64,000 nt of DNA from Gammaproteobacteria bacterium (GCA_965238175.1 CBDEGZ010000003.1:64001-128000), one strand, 5' to 3'; shown: positions 33,185-43,945, counted from the first letter of the stretch. A program made the numbers and translations. The notes: generated by a model from the letters alone, not told the origin.

Positions 33185-33913
33185 ATGACAACGAATATGC
33201 TTTGGCGTCAAACTGGTAAAACGCTGTATCTCCAGATAGCGCAGATCCTTGAAAAGGAAATCAGTCATATCTACGTACCGGGTGAAAATTTGCCCTCCGA
33301 AGTAGATCTTGCAACTCGTTTTTCGGTTAATCGCCACACTGTCCGGCACGCCATTGATGAACTGGTAGACAAAGGCCTGATAGAACGTCGCCATGGCAAA
33401 GGAATGTTTGTTCTTGATTTACGGATGGAATATTTAGTTGGTCAGGAAACTCGCTTTACAGAACAGCTTGAAGCTACAGGGAAAACCACCAATAGTCGCG
33501 TTTTACGTAAGCTCCCTTTACCTGCCCAAGGAGGAGTTGCAAAGCGACTCTCCATCAATGAAGGGCAAAAAATTATGTGGCTCGAAATTTTGCGATTGGT
33601 TGAAGATCGCCCTTTTTGTCTTGTTTCTCACTTTTTAACCCCTTCATTGATTGAGCCTATTTTAGATGGGTATAAAGAAGGTTCTCTACATAACTTCATT
33701 GCTAAAGAAACGGGATTGAAATTAGTACGTAGCAGTAGTGAGATCAGCGCCGTTTTGCCAATGTCAGATGATGCAACTCTACTTGCAATGCCTGCTCGTC
33801 AGCCCGTCTTACGGGTCAAAAGTTTGAATGTGGAAACAAAAAACAAAACGCCTGTTGAATATGCAGTTACCCGCTTCAGAGGTTCCCGCGCTCAATTATT
33901 AGTTAATCCTTAA
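33185..33913 (+). CDS. phnF: Phosphonate operon GntR/HutC regulator
   Basis: LPSE..LA.RF.VNRHTVR HTH plus UTRA domain; heads phn operon. Confidence 0.92.
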   Translation: MTTNMLWRQTGKTLYLQIAQILEKEISHIYVPGENLPSEVDLATRFSVNRHTVRHAIDELVDKGLIERRHGKGMFVLDLRMEYLVGQETRFTEQLEATGKTTNSRVLRKLPLPAQGGVAKRLSINEGQKIMWLEILRLVEDRPFCLVSHFLTPSLIEPILDGYKEGSLHNFIAKETGLKLVRSSSEISAVLPMSDDATLLAMPARQPVLRVKSLNVETKNKTPVEYAVTRFRGSRAQLLVNP

Positions 33914-33949
33914 ATAAACCAAACAGTAAGTTTAATAGAGGAACTCAAA

Positions 33950-34885
33950 ATGAAACTGAAACAATTATTCGTTGCCGGATTAACCGGTATGACTATGCTG
34001 TCAACGGTCTATGCTTCTGATCTGCCTAAAGGCACAGCAGATGTTCCTTTACGCGTCATGATGGTACCGGCTGATACGGGCGGCGCTGACATAGCAGAAG
34101 ACTACAAACCTGTTTTCGATGCAATCGCAAAGCAGTATGACATCCATTTTAAAGTCATGTCTGGAAATAGTTATGCCGCGGTTGTTAAAGGCCTGTGTTC
34201 TGATCAAGCAGATATTGCCTGGTATGGGCCAGTGACCTTTGGTGAGGCCAAAGACATGTGTGGTGCGGAATTACTCGCTGTAGATGTGAAGAAAGGTGAT
34301 TCTGTTTACTACTCAGGTATCTATTCACGTAAAGACAGTGGTATTAACAAATTGGCTGATCTAAAAGGTAAAAGCCTGGCCGTAGGATCAACTCATTCTA
34401 CTTCATCTTTCAATTTTCCAATTGCAATGATCATTGATGCAGGCGTAGATCCTGTGAAAGACATTGCTACTATCGTTGTTGCTGGCAGTCATACTAACTC
34501 GATCGCAGCTTTAAAAGAAGGTCGTGTTGATGCGGCAGCTGCTTCTTTTAATTCTTGGGAAAAAGCGGTCAACAAAGGCATTATTGATCCGGCCAACTTC
34601 AAGGTACTCGCCAAGTCTGAGCCAATTCCAAATCCACCTTTGGCGATGAACCCAAAGTTAGATCCCACGCTTAAAACAAAATTACGTAAAGCCTTCAATA
34701 ACATTCACCAACATGTTGCTGTGGGAAAAATTCGTGGTTATGGCGGAAAACAAGTTGACCGTTATGACGCAGATTATCCTGAAGAGAAAATGCTCGCAGT
34801 GTTGAAAAAACTTTCTAAAGTGACTGATACATTGAAGTCTGAAATTGTCGATAAAGCAGGTGAACGTACTGCAAGCGCAAAATAA
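33950..34885 (+). CDS. phnD: Phosphonate ABC transporter binding protein
   Basis: Signal peptide, YYSGI, STSS, GSH motifs; context. Confidence 0.88.
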   Translation: MKLKQLFVAGLTGMTMLSTVYASDLPKGTADVPLRVMMVPADTGGADIAEDYKPVFDAIAKQYDIHFKVMSGNSYAAVVKGLCSDQADIAWYGPVTFGEAKDMCGAELLAVDVKKGDSVYYSGIYSRKDSGINKLADLKGKSLAVGSTHSTSSFNFPIAMIIDAGVDPVKDIATIVVAGSHTNSIAALKEGRVDAAAASFNSWEKAVNKGIIDPANFKVLAKSEPIPNPPLAMNPKLDPTLKTKLRKAFNNIHQHVAVGKIRGYGGKQVDRYDADYPEEKMLAVLKKLSKVTDTLKSEIVDKAGERTASAK

Positions 34886-34978
34886 TAAATCTGATTATCG
34901 GTTGGTACCCTGGAGAGAAAATCTCTTCAGGGTTTTATTATTGAAAACCACATGTGCAATAATTTAAAGAGAAAAATA

Positions 34979-35776
34979 ATGCTTGAATTCAAATCTGTGT
35001 CGCGCATATATCCAGATGGTACCAAAGCTACAGACAACCTGGATCTTTCAATTAATCGAGGTGAATTTTGTGTATTGCTTGGACCCTCTGGAGCAGGTAA
35101 GTCAACCTTGATGGGAATGATTAACGGCCTGGTAATACCTTCCAGTGGCAAGATCAGATTTGGTGATGTCTTCATAAATGCGAATAACCTGAAATGCTGT
35201 CAGCAACGTATTAGTATGATCCATCAACAATTGCACCTTGTACCGCGCCTTAACGTTTTGCATAACGTTATTACTGGAAAGCTATTCAAATTATCGACTT
35301 TCCACAGTTTGTTGAAGCTGTTTAATATTCCTGATCAACGTCTTGCCTGTAAATTACTAGAACAGGTTGGCTTAGAAGAAAAACATCTCTACCGACGCGC
35401 CTCAGAACTATCGGGAGGCCAGCAACAACGAGTAGCTATTGCGCGTGCTTTTATATCCAACCCCGAAGTTGTACTTGCTGACGAACCCGTCGCTAGCCTT
35501 GATCCAGCGGTTAGTCGTAGTGTTCTTGCCAGCCTGAAAACTGCTTCACGTAATCATAATGCTACTGTCATATGTAGTTTGCATCAGATTGAATTTGCCA
35601 TTGAATTTGCCGATCGAATTTTAGGTCTACGCGACGGAAAGTTAATATTTGATGGCTGCCCTGAGGAGTTAACCTCAGATGTAATAAGAAAGATCTACGA
35701 TCAGAAACAACCTCATCCATTAAAAACTGACGTATATAGACCTGCAACGTTATTACAACAATCGGCGGTCGCTTGA
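34979..35776 (+). CDS. phnC: Phosphonate ABC transporter ATPase
   Basis: [38 protein letters not shown]. Confidence 0.93.
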   Translation: MLEFKSVSRIYPDGTKATDNLDLSINRGEFCVLLGPSGAGKSTLMGMINGLVIPSSGKIRFGDVFINANNLKCCQQRISMIHQQLHLVPRLNVLHNVITGKLFKLSTFHSLLKLFNIPDQRLACKLLEQVGLEEKHLYRRASELSGGQQQRVAIARAFISNPEVVLADEPVASLDPAVSRSVLASLKTASRNHNATVICSLHQIEFAIEFADRILGLRDGKLIFDGCPEELTSDVIRKIYDQKQPHPLKTDVYRPATLLQQSAVA

Positions 35777-35783
35777 GAAAATA

Positions 35784-36797
35784 ATGTCAGCAAATCAAGA
35801 GACAAATGTAGTAACAAAGCGACCATACGATCAATGGGATCTGCATCGTGCTATCACACCAAAATTGATTGGCTTATTATTATTGATCACTATCTGCTTA
35901 GGGATCTCAGCACACAACACGGAAATAGATAGAGCCACCTATGAAACGGGCAAGGCCATCGTTGCCATGACCGGTATGACCGATTCCAAAGTTCTTGATG
36001 GTGCAACAAGCTTTATCAAAGAGGCATTCCCTTTTACAATTTCTTCACGTAAAGCAACTAATCGCATTGATAATTTTGATCAAGAAAACCTGCCTCTGTT
36101 CAGTAGAATCGAAACCATTGAAGAGCGCAGTTACGATGCCTTGAGTGAAACTTACAGTGTCGAGAAAACCGAATATCTGATCCAACCCACAGGCTATCTG
36201 AAAAAAGTTCTGATAAAAATGTTCGAAACCATAGAAATGGGTTTCTGGGGAACATTTTTGTCTGTGTTGATCTCATTACCTCTCGGCATCCTAGCAGCGC
36301 AAAATTATAGTCCAAATCTATTCACCTACAATATTGCACGGCTATGGCTTGGCTTTAATCGCTCTATGCCTGAACTCATTATCGCACTATTTTTTGTCTT
36401 GATGTACGGTTTTGGACCCATTGCAGGCGTATTAGCGCTAGCCGTACATACGAGTGGTGTACTGGGTAAATTCTTTGCTGATGAAATAGAAAATTCGCCA
36501 TCTGGTCCACAAACCGCATTGAAATCTTCTGGTGCAAATCGCATCAAAGTACTTCGTTTTGCTGTGCTACCAGCAGTATTTCCAGCCTTCGTCGGCTTTG
36601 TGCAGTACATATTCGAGCGAAACATCCGTACCGCCACAGTGCTTGGATTGGTTGGTGCCGGTGGTATCGGCATGGAACTCAAAGGTCGCTGGGATAGTTT
36701 TGCTTATTCCCATGTTTCTACCATTTTGTTAGTAATTTTTATCACCGTTATGTTGCTAGAACTTGCAAGCCAAAGAATTCGTAGCAAGAGCCTTTAA
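35784..36797 (+). CDS. phnE: Phosphonate ABC transporter permease
   Basis: RSMPEL, GVLGKFFADEIE, ERNIRTATVLGLVGAGGIG. Confidence 0.93.
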   Translation: MSANQETNVVTKRPYDQWDLHRAITPKLIGLLLLITICLGISAHNTEIDRATYETGKAIVAMTGMTDSKVLDGATSFIKEAFPFTISSRKATNRIDNFDQENLPLFSRIETIEERSYDALSETYSVEKTEYLIQPTGYLKKVLIKMFETIEMGFWGTFLSVLISLPLGILAAQNYSPNLFTYNIARLWLGFNRSMPELIIALFFVLMYGFGPIAGVLALAVHTSGVLGKFFADEIENSPSGPQTALKSSGANRIKVLRFAVLPAVFPAFVGFVQYIFERNIRTATVLGLVGAGGIGMELKGRWDSFAYSHVSTILLVIFITVMLLELASQRIRSKSL

Positions 36798-36830
36798 GCC
36801 AGGGTATTAAAAAGGAATTAATTAACAAAC

Positions 36831-37316
36831 ATGTTATCTAGACAACCAGACAAGGTAAACCGATCCCAGTGGGTAAAAGCACTTAGTGCACTTCCTATTG
36901 AACGCATTATTACGACCGGTGAAAGACTTGGCAGAACTTGGACGATTAAAGATAAATCATTGCCACAATCTGGTTTAGGCATGCTCAAATTACGGGATGG
37001 CGCACTCCATGAACCTTTTTATCTAGGTGAGTTTCCGATTGCTACTGCCTGGCTCGTTATCACAACGGACGATGGTCAAACGGTGGAAGGTGCAGCTCAA
37101 GTGATGGATGACACCATAGAGCTCGCAAAAATGCTTGCTTTGTTTGATGCGATTCTTGCCAACCAACTTAATGGTTGGGAACAGGCTATAGAAATGGTTA
37201 ATGAGGGTATGGAGATTATCCATGCAATCAAAATAAAACGCCATGCGATGTTAACTAAAACACATGTTGATTTTTCGTTGTTGGATTCTATGGGGGACGG
37301 AGATGAAGATGTATGA
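36831..37316 (+). CDS. phnG: C-P lyase subunit PhnG
   Basis: GLGMLKLRDG...FYLGE motif, DAIL. Confidence 0.9.
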   Translation: MLSRQPDKVNRSQWVKALSALPIERIITTGERLGRTWTIKDKSLPQSGLGMLKLRDGALHEPFYLGEFPIATAWLVITTDDGQTVEGAAQVMDDTIELAKMLALFDAILANQLNGWEQAIEMVNEGMEIIHAIKIKRHAMLTKTHVDFSLLDSMGDGDEDV

Positions 37317-37863
37317 ATCAATCTGGGAACCAGTAAATCAGCAGCGCATTTTTCGTAAATTGATGGACATAATGACACGACCTGGTGAGATCAAAGACCT
37401 TGCAGAATTTGTCTTGGACTCAACAGCAGCAAGAGGGGTACTTGCAACACTACTTGATGCTGAAGTTAGTTTAAGTGATCACGATCAACAGCTACCGGTA
37501 TCTGATTGGCCACTATTGCAGGCCAATAGTAACAACTCAGAAAATGCCGATTATATTTTCTGTTCTGGTTCAAGTACACCTGATTTTGAACCTCGTCTTG
37601 GAACATTACCAAGCCCTGACCTTTCTGCAACTATAATCATTAATATAAAAAATTTAAGCCGTGGTTCAGACCCTGGCTGCCTGCAACTTTCTGGTCCTGG
37701 AATCAAAACAAAATCCATGATCAACATCGAAGGTTTAAGCCCGGTATGGTTAGAAAAACGTGAGAGTTGGATCTGCAACTTTCCACTTGGTGTTGACATG
37801 ATCCTTGTCGATCAAACACAAATCGTGGCAATACCACGTACCACAAAAGTGGAGCTATGCTAA
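37309..37863 (+). CDS. phnH: C-P lyase subunit PhnH
   Basis: QRIFR...RPG, LLDAEV, LSGPGI, FPLGVD, AIPRTT. Confidence 0.92.
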   Translation: MYESIWEPVNQQRIFRKLMDIMTRPGEIKDLAEFVLDSTAARGVLATLLDAEVSLSDHDQQLPVSDWPLLQANSNNSENADYIFCSGSSTPDFEPRLGTLPSPDLSATIIINIKNLSRGSDPGCLQLSGPGIKTKSMINIEGLSPVWLEKRESWICNFPLGVDMILVDQTQIVAIPRTTKVELC

Positions 37864-38978
37864 TGGGTTATGTTGCGATAAAAGGTGGCGGAAAAGCTAT
37901 AAAGGGTGCTGAAGATCTGCTGGATTATTTGCGCTGCGAACAGGGCGATAATGGACAGCCACTTGATACAGAAACTATTGAAACCCAACTTCGTCTGCTT
38001 CATAGTCGGGTTATATCTGAAGGTGGCCTTTATCATCCAAAGCTGGCATCACTCGCCATTAAACAAAGTTTAGGTGACACCCTTGAAGCTTCATTTGCAC
38101 TACGCGCTTATCGTTCTACCCAGCCACGTTTACTAGAAACCCCATTGTTAGACAGCAGTAACATGCGCATGATCCGTCGCATCTCTGCCGCTTTTAAAGA
38201 TATTCCCGGCGGGCAAATATTAGGCTCTACCAGTGACTACGCATTACGTCTGCTGCGTATGGAATTACTGAATGAATCAGAAACAGACTTCCGTAAAATC
38301 TCACGTGACTGGCTGACGGATATACCTGAATCAGATCTTCCTGACAATTTCCCAAAAGTATTGGACAGTCTTCGTGAAGAAGGGCTATTACCTGCCGTCA
38401 ATCTAATTGCAGATAAAGAGCCTTTTGATATCACCCGTGAGCCACTGATCTTTCCCGTACCCCGCTCTGCTGCACTGGCGACTATGGCGCGTGGCGAAAC
38501 AGGATCATTACTAGCTATTGCTTACTCTAACATGCGTGGTTATGGCGATGTTCATCCGACAGTCGCCGAACTACGTATTGGTTATTTACCTATTATGTTG
38601 CCGCACCCGATCAGCGGTGAATTGATTGAGGCTGGCGAGGTTTTAATGACCGAATGTGAAGTGATCGCAATGTACGAAGATGAGAACGAGGCTAACAGTA
38701 AGCCAGTATTTACTCTAGGGTATGGCGCCTGTTTTGGACATAATGAAACCAAAGCTATAGCGATGGCGATTCTGGATCGATCATTACAAAAAGGGATGCA
38801 GGGTACGCCAGGTAATCCCTCTGAAGATCCGGAATTTGTGCTATTACATGTAGATGGAATCGACTCCATGGGATTTTGCACACATTACAAAATGCCACAC
38901 TACGTGACCTTCCAGTCAGATATGGATCGATTACGCCAGACGCAACAAAATGTTAGCAAAGAAGACCATGCATCATGA
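37863..38978 (+). CDS. phnI: C-P lyase subunit PhnI
   Basis: YVAIKGG, RRISAAFKDIPGGQILG, HYKMPHYVTFQS. Confidence 0.95.
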   Translation: MGYVAIKGGGKAIKGAEDLLDYLRCEQGDNGQPLDTETIETQLRLLHSRVISEGGLYHPKLASLAIKQSLGDTLEASFALRAYRSTQPRLLETPLLDSSNMRMIRRISAAFKDIPGGQILGSTSDYALRLLRMELLNESETDFRKISRDWLTDIPESDLPDNFPKVLDSLREEGLLPAVNLIADKEPFDITREPLIFPVPRSAALATMARGETGSLLAIAYSNMRGYGDVHPTVAELRIGYLPIMLPHPISGELIEAGEVLMTECEVIAMYEDENEANSKPVFTLGYGACFGHNETKAIAMAILDRSLQKGMQGTPGNPSEDPEFVLLHVDGIDSMGFCTHYKMPHYVTFQSDMDRLRQTQQNVSKEDHAS

Positions 38979-39856
38979 GTAATTTCAGACAAGTTACTAG
39001 TCGTTATCCATTTGGTTTTCTTGATGAATATGCGAAAAAAGAGGTACGCCGCACTGTATTGAAAGCGATCGCAATCCCAGGTTATCAAGTCCCTTACTCC
39101 TCCCGCGAAATGCCCATGGGTCGAGGTTTTGGAACCGGCGGTCTTCAACTCACGCTTGGTATTATTGGAACTGATGATACTTTAAAAGTAATTGATCAAG
39201 GCTCTGATGATTCCGTTAACGCCGTTAACCTGCGTAGCTTTATCGAAATGACCTGTCCCGGAATCAATACTACCAATAAAACTGAGGAGGCAGATCTGAT
39301 CCAATCACGTCACCGTATCCCGGAAAAGATATTACGTGAAGATCAAATAATTGTATTACAGGTACCATACCCAGATGCATTGGTTGTTGTTGAACCTTCC
39401 GAAGTTCAACGCAAAATCATGCACGGTGAAGCTGATTATTCACGGCTACTGGTTAAGCTTTATGAAGATATTGTGCAGTTTGGTGAGATCACTATCTCAC
39501 ACCGATACCCAACGCGCATAAATAATCATTACATTATCGATTCATCTCCGATACCACGCTGGGATGTGCCTAAGTTGCACCAATCTAAAGCACTGATCTT
39601 ATTCGGCGCTGGTCGTGAGAAAAAGATTTATGCTGTACCACCCTATACTGATGCAGAACCCCTTGCGTTTGAAGATGTGAAATTTCGAGTAGAAGATTTT
39701 ACTAATACTCAGGGACAGCGCCTAGCTTGTACGCAGTGCGGTTGTACGGACAGTTTTCTTGATGAGTTTATGATTGAACAAAATAAAAAAGTTTATCAGT
39801 GTTCTGATGCTGACTGGTGCAATAGTCAACAAAATGTAAGTGAGACTTTGCAATGA
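38975..39856 (+). CDS. phnJ: C-P lyase radical SAM subunit PhnJ
   Basis: AIPGYQVP, KVIDQG, IQSRHRIPE, GAGREKKIYAVPP, CX2CX20CX5C. Confidence 0.96.
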   Translation: MSNFRQVTSRYPFGFLDEYAKKEVRRTVLKAIAIPGYQVPYSSREMPMGRGFGTGGLQLTLGIIGTDDTLKVIDQGSDDSVNAVNLRSFIEMTCPGINTTNKTEEADLIQSRHRIPEKILREDQIIVLQVPYPDALVVVEPSEVQRKIMHGEADYSRLLVKLYEDIVQFGEITISHRYPTRINNHYIIDSSPIPRWDVPKLHQSKALILFGAGREKKIYAVPPYTDAEPLAFEDVKFRVEDFTNTQGQRLACTQCGCTDSFLDEFMIEQNKKVYQCSDADWCNSQQNVSETLQ

Positions 39857-40683
39857 ATAAAGTACTTGAGGTTCGAAATTTGACCAAAGTTTATGGTGAG
39901 GCTTGTGCTCAATGTTATACCCGTACTGGTCCTGAGTTCGACACTAATATCTGTTCACACTGCGGTAGTGTCATTGCTATTCACAATCTCTCTTTTGATC
40001 TGCATAAAGGCGAGATCCTTGGCATTATGGGCGAGTCCGGGAGTGGTAAATCGACGGTTGTGAAAAATCTATTTTTCGATCAAAAACCTACTACTGGGAA
40101 GGCTATTTTTTATAATGAAGATCATGAATATGATCTGTTTAATCTCAATGCCGCACAACAGCGCCACTTAAGAAATCATCACCTAGGAATGGTTTATCAA
40201 AACCCACACCTTGGACTTAATTTCGACATCTCTGCGGGTGGAAATATAGCAGAAAGATTGTTGATGAATGATTTGTACAATTACTCTGAGATTAGAACCC
40301 GTGCACGAGAATTGTTACTTCGCACTGAAGTTTTAACAGAACGTATGGATGAACTACCGAAGAATTTTTCTGGAGGCATGCAACAACGTGTTCAAATCGC
40401 AAAAGCATTAGCCACTAACCCACCTATGCTTTTCCTTGATGAGGTTACTACCGGACTGGATCTGTCAGTTCAGGCCAGAATTCTTGATCTGATTCTTGAG
40501 ATCCAACAGGAAATGCAAACGGCCATGCTTGTTGTAACGCATGACCTGGGTGTTGTGCGCCTGCTTACCGGACGAACAATCGTCATGAAATACGGACGAA
40601 TTATTGAGTCTGGTTTAACGGATCAGATCCTTGAAGATCCTCAACATGAATATTCACAACGACTAGTTGCCTCAGCACTATAA
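39853..40683 (+). CDS. phnK: C-P lyase ATPase PhnK
   Basis: GESGSGKST, SAGGNIAERL, FSGGMQQR, GLTDQILEDPQH. Confidence 0.95.
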   Translation: MNKVLEVRNLTKVYGEACAQCYTRTGPEFDTNICSHCGSVIAIHNLSFDLHKGEILGIMGESGSGKSTVVKNLFFDQKPTTGKAIFYNEDHEYDLFNLNAAQQRHLRNHHLGMVYQNPHLGLNFDISAGGNIAERLLMNDLYNYSEIRTRARELLLRTEVLTERMDELPKNFSGGMQQRVQIAKALATNPPMLFLDEVTTGLDLSVQARILDLILEIQQEMQTAMLVVTHDLGVVRLLTGRTIVMKYGRIIESGLTDQILEDPQHEYSQRLVASAL

Positions 40684-40695
40684 TCAGGAGAGAGT

Positions 40696-41463
40696 GTGAA
40701 TCCCAAACAAATATTACGCGTTGAAAATTTTTCCAAAACCTTCACGCTGCACGAGCAAGGTAAGGTCATTCCCTCTTCTAAGCAGATCAACTTTTCTGTA
40801 TTCAGCGGAAAGCTTACGGCGATAGTTGGCCCAACCGGGGTTGGAAAATCTTCTGTACTCAAAGGAATTTTTCGTACGTATCTACCGTCTAGCGGTCGAC
40901 TGCTTTATCAGACACAAAACGGCAATGAAATTGATCTGGCCCAAGCTGATGAGCATCAAATCCTTGAACTACGTCAGAATGAAATCAGCTTCGTCACACA
41001 GTTTTTACACGTACTACCACGCAAATCCACATTGGATGTCGTCGCCCAACCATTGTATAGAAAAGGGATCAAAGTTGAAGAAGCTCATCATCTTGCCAGG
41101 GAAATGTTGAATATCCTAAACATTCCAGAACCTCTATGGTCAGTACCGCCAGCAACCTTTTCCGGTGGCGAGAAACAACGTGTCAATCTTGCCCGTGGCC
41201 TCATCTCGAAGCCAAGATTGTTACTACTGGATGAACCAACGGCCAGTCTTGATCCAAAAACGACAGAAAAAGTCATCGAATTGATCGCCTGCATGAAAGA
41301 TAAAGGAATCGCCATATTAGCGATTTTTCATCAGCCGGAGTTAGTCGAACGTTTAGCTGACTCTACGATTGAGCTTGAAGCACCCACTACTAATCCAGCT
41401 ATAGAAATTAACTCTCAGGAGAATGCATATGAACCCGCTAGTTATGCCACAGGTACACAATAA
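40696..41463 (+). CDS. phnL: C-P lyase ATPase PhnL
   Basis: KTFTLH, PATFSGGEKQRVNLARG, AIFH. Confidence 0.95.
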   Translation: MNPKQILRVENFSKTFTLHEQGKVIPSSKQINFSVFSGKLTAIVGPTGVGKSSVLKGIFRTYLPSSGRLLYQTQNGNEIDLAQADEHQILELRQNEISFVTQFLHVLPRKSTLDVVAQPLYRKGIKVEEAHHLAREMLNILNIPEPLWSVPPATFSGGEKQRVNLARGLISKPRLLLLDEPTASLDPKTTEKVIELIACMKDKGIAILAIFHQPELVERLADSTIELEAPTTNPAIEINSQENAYEPASYATGTQ

Positions 41464-42628
41464 ACAAGCCAATTGTTATCTGACTGGTGCAAAAATTGTT
41501 TTGCGCGAAGAAGTACTTGAGGATGCCTCGCTACTGATCGAGGATGGTTTGATCAGCGCGATCAATCCTGAGTCTGTTCGTGGGATAGACGAAATTAATT
41601 TGCGTGGTAAATATTTGCTACCTGGACTTATTGATCTTCACTGTGATGCACTGGAGAAAGAAATTGAACCACGTGCTGGTGTGTTTTTTCCTTTACCATT
41701 TGCTATTGCTCAGGCAGATAAACGCAACGCAATGGCCGGAATTACAACCCCCTTTCATGCCCTTTCATTTGCAGATGAAGAACTGGGTGTTCGCAATAAT
41801 AATATTGCTGCTGAGATTGCCCGCATGGTTCATACACTTCATGAAAACACCTTAGTCGATAATCGTGTTCACTGTCGTTATGAAATTACTGATCCCACTG
41901 GATTAGAGATCTTGCTTCAATTAATGGATAAAGGCTTCATTAATTTATTATCACTAATGGATCACACTCCAGGTCAGGGTCAGTTTAAAGATCTGGCTGC
42001 ATATCAAGATTTCTTTGCGAGCAATTACAGTAGAAGTGCTGAAGAAGTTATGAAAATAGCAGAGCAAAAGTTGGCCAATGGCGATCAGGCTCAATATAGA
42101 ATTGAAGCGCTGGCAACAAAGGCCAGAAACCATGCTATTCCATTGGCCAGTCATGATGATGACTGTATCTCACGTGTCGAAATCATGAATGCGGTTGGTG
42201 TCACTCTTAGCGAATTTCCGATCAACCTTGAAACGGCACAAGCAGCACAACACGTTGGTATGCATACCATTTTTGGTGCGCCGAACTTATTGCGTGGAAA
42301 AAGTCAAAGTGGATCAATGAAAGCATTGGAAGCAATTGAAGCTAATGTAGCCACCTGTTTATGTGGAGACTACTCGCCAGGAAGTTTACTCCCAGCAATT
42401 TTCAAATTACCCGAAATTTCTGATTTGAATCTTTGGGAGGCTACCAGACTGGTAACAGACAACCCGGCACAGGCAATAGGTCTGGATGATAGAGGTACAA
42501 TCACAACGGGTAAACGCGCAGATCTTGTCATTGTAACAATGGTTGGTAATCTACCACAGGCAAGTTGCACATTCGCTGCAGGTAAGCCCGTCTTTCAAGC
42601 CGGCTTTCTGGAGAATAGCAATGTCTAA
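41429..42628 (+). CDS. phnM: Alpha-D-ribose 1-methylphosphonate 5-triphosphate diphosphatase
   Basis: PGLIDLHCD, MDHTPGQGQF, ASHDDD, GAPN. Confidence 0.95.
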   Translation: MNPLVMPQVHNKQANCYLTGAKIVLREEVLEDASLLIEDGLISAINPESVRGIDEINLRGKYLLPGLIDLHCDALEKEIEPRAGVFFPLPFAIAQADKRNAMAGITTPFHALSFADEELGVRNNNIAAEIARMVHTLHENTLVDNRVHCRYEITDPTGLEILLQLMDKGFINLLSLMDHTPGQGQFKDLAAYQDFFASNYSRSAEEVMKIAEQKLANGDQAQYRIEALATKARNHAIPLASHDDDCISRVEIMNAVGVTLSEFPINLETAQAAQHVGMHTIFGAPNLLRGKSQSGSMKALEAIEANVATCLCGDYSPGSLLPAIFKLPEISDLNLWEATRLVTDNPAQAIGLDDRGTITTGKRADLVIVTMVGNLPQASCTFAAGKPVFQAGFLENSNV

Positions 42629-43199
42629 GATGTCTCACGGATACCTTTTTTATCTGGTTGGACCTTCTGGTGCTGGAAAAGATAGCCTAATCAATTATGC
42701 CAGAGAACATATTTCTGAAGGCAATAAAAAAGTCGTTTTTGCACACCGATATATTACCCGAGCACCCGTGCTACAAGGTGAAAATCATGTCTATTTGAGT
42801 GAACGAGAATATGATAAACGGCTTCAAGATGGCTTATTTGCGATGCATTGGAAAAGCCATGATTATGCATATGCTATTGGTATCGAAATCAATGCCTGGT
42901 TAGCAAAAGGTATGAATGTTGTAGTCAATGGGTCACGTGCCTATCTGCACACAGCCTTGACACTTTACCAACAGATGAGGATTATTGAAGTCAGTGTCTC
43001 AAATGATGTACTTCGACAGCGTCTGACTCTGAGAAATCGTGAAACACCTGAACAAATCGTACAACGCCTCAATCGTCAGATTCTCATTACTGAATGCCCG
43101 AACAAATTTGTGATTGAAAATAACGGTTTATTAGAAGAGGCTGGTAATCGATTGCTCGATTTCATCATTGATAACAATGCCTCCACTCAATGCGCCTAA
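42621..43199 (+). CDS. phnN: Ribose 1,5-bisphosphokinase
   Basis: GPSGAGKDS, AHRYITR, NGSR. Confidence 0.94.
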   Translation: MSKMSHGYLFYLVGPSGAGKDSLINYAREHISEGNKKVVFAHRYITRAPVLQGENHVYLSEREYDKRLQDGLFAMHWKSHDYAYAIGIEINAWLAKGMNVVVNGSRAYLHTALTLYQQMRIIEVSVSNDVLRQRLTLRNRETPEQIVQRLNRQILITECPNKFVIENNGLLEEAGNRLLDFIIDNNASTQCA

Positions 43200-43945
43200 C
43201 TTTTCTTGGAACAGGAAGTGCTGGTGGTGTACCTCTTTACGGCTGCCATTGTTCGGCTTGTGCACGGGCATTAGTACTTAAAGATCACATTCGTAAACCC
43301 TGCTCGGTATTAGTAGAAACTGAAAATACCCGCATTCTAATTGATGCAGGCTTAACAGATTTGCATGAGCGATTTCTACCAGAAAGCCTGGATGCAATCC
43401 TGCTAACTCATTTCCATGTAGATCATGTACAGGGATTGTTTCATTTACGCTGGGGTGTAGGGCATCAAATCCCTGTTTATACATCTGATGATGAGGAAGG
43501 TTGTGCGGATCTCTACAAATATCCCGGAATACTCGAATTTCATAAAGTCCCCATTTTCAAGCCATTTATGATCGAAGATATTCAGATTGTCCCTGTTCCG
43601 CTAATGCACTCAAAACCAACCAACGGTTATGTCATTTCTAAGAGTGGTATAAACACCGCTTACCTTACCGATACAAAAGGACTACAAACTGAAACGACAG
43701 ATTATCTGCAACAACATCCAGTGAAGACATTAATTCTTGATTGTACATACTCACCTAAACATACTGTGCCTAGTAATCACAATAACCTGGCCACTGCACT
43801 AGACACAATACAATCAGTATCTCCTATCGAAACTTATCTGACACATATTAGCCACGAATTTGATAACTGGTTGATAGAAGATCACGCAAAGACAATACCT
43901 GATAATGTAACAATAGCTCGTGATGAAACTTCAATCAGTCTATAA
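43190..43945 (+). CDS. phnP: Phosphoribosyl 1,2-cyclic phosphodiesterase
   Basis: LGTG, GCHCSAC, THFHVDHVQGLFHLRWG, YLTDT, THISH. Confidence 0.95.
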   Translation: MRLTFLGTGSAGGVPLYGCHCSACARALVLKDHIRKPCSVLVETENTRILIDAGLTDLHERFLPESLDAILLTHFHVDHVQGLFHLRWGVGHQIPVYTSDDEEGCADLYKYPGILEFHKVPIFKPFMIEDIQIVPVPLMHSKPTNGYVISKSGINTAYLTDTKGLQTETTDYLQQHPVKTLILDCTYSPKHTVPSNHNNLATALDTIQSVSPIETYLTHISHEFDNWLIEDHAKTIPDNVTIARDETSISL

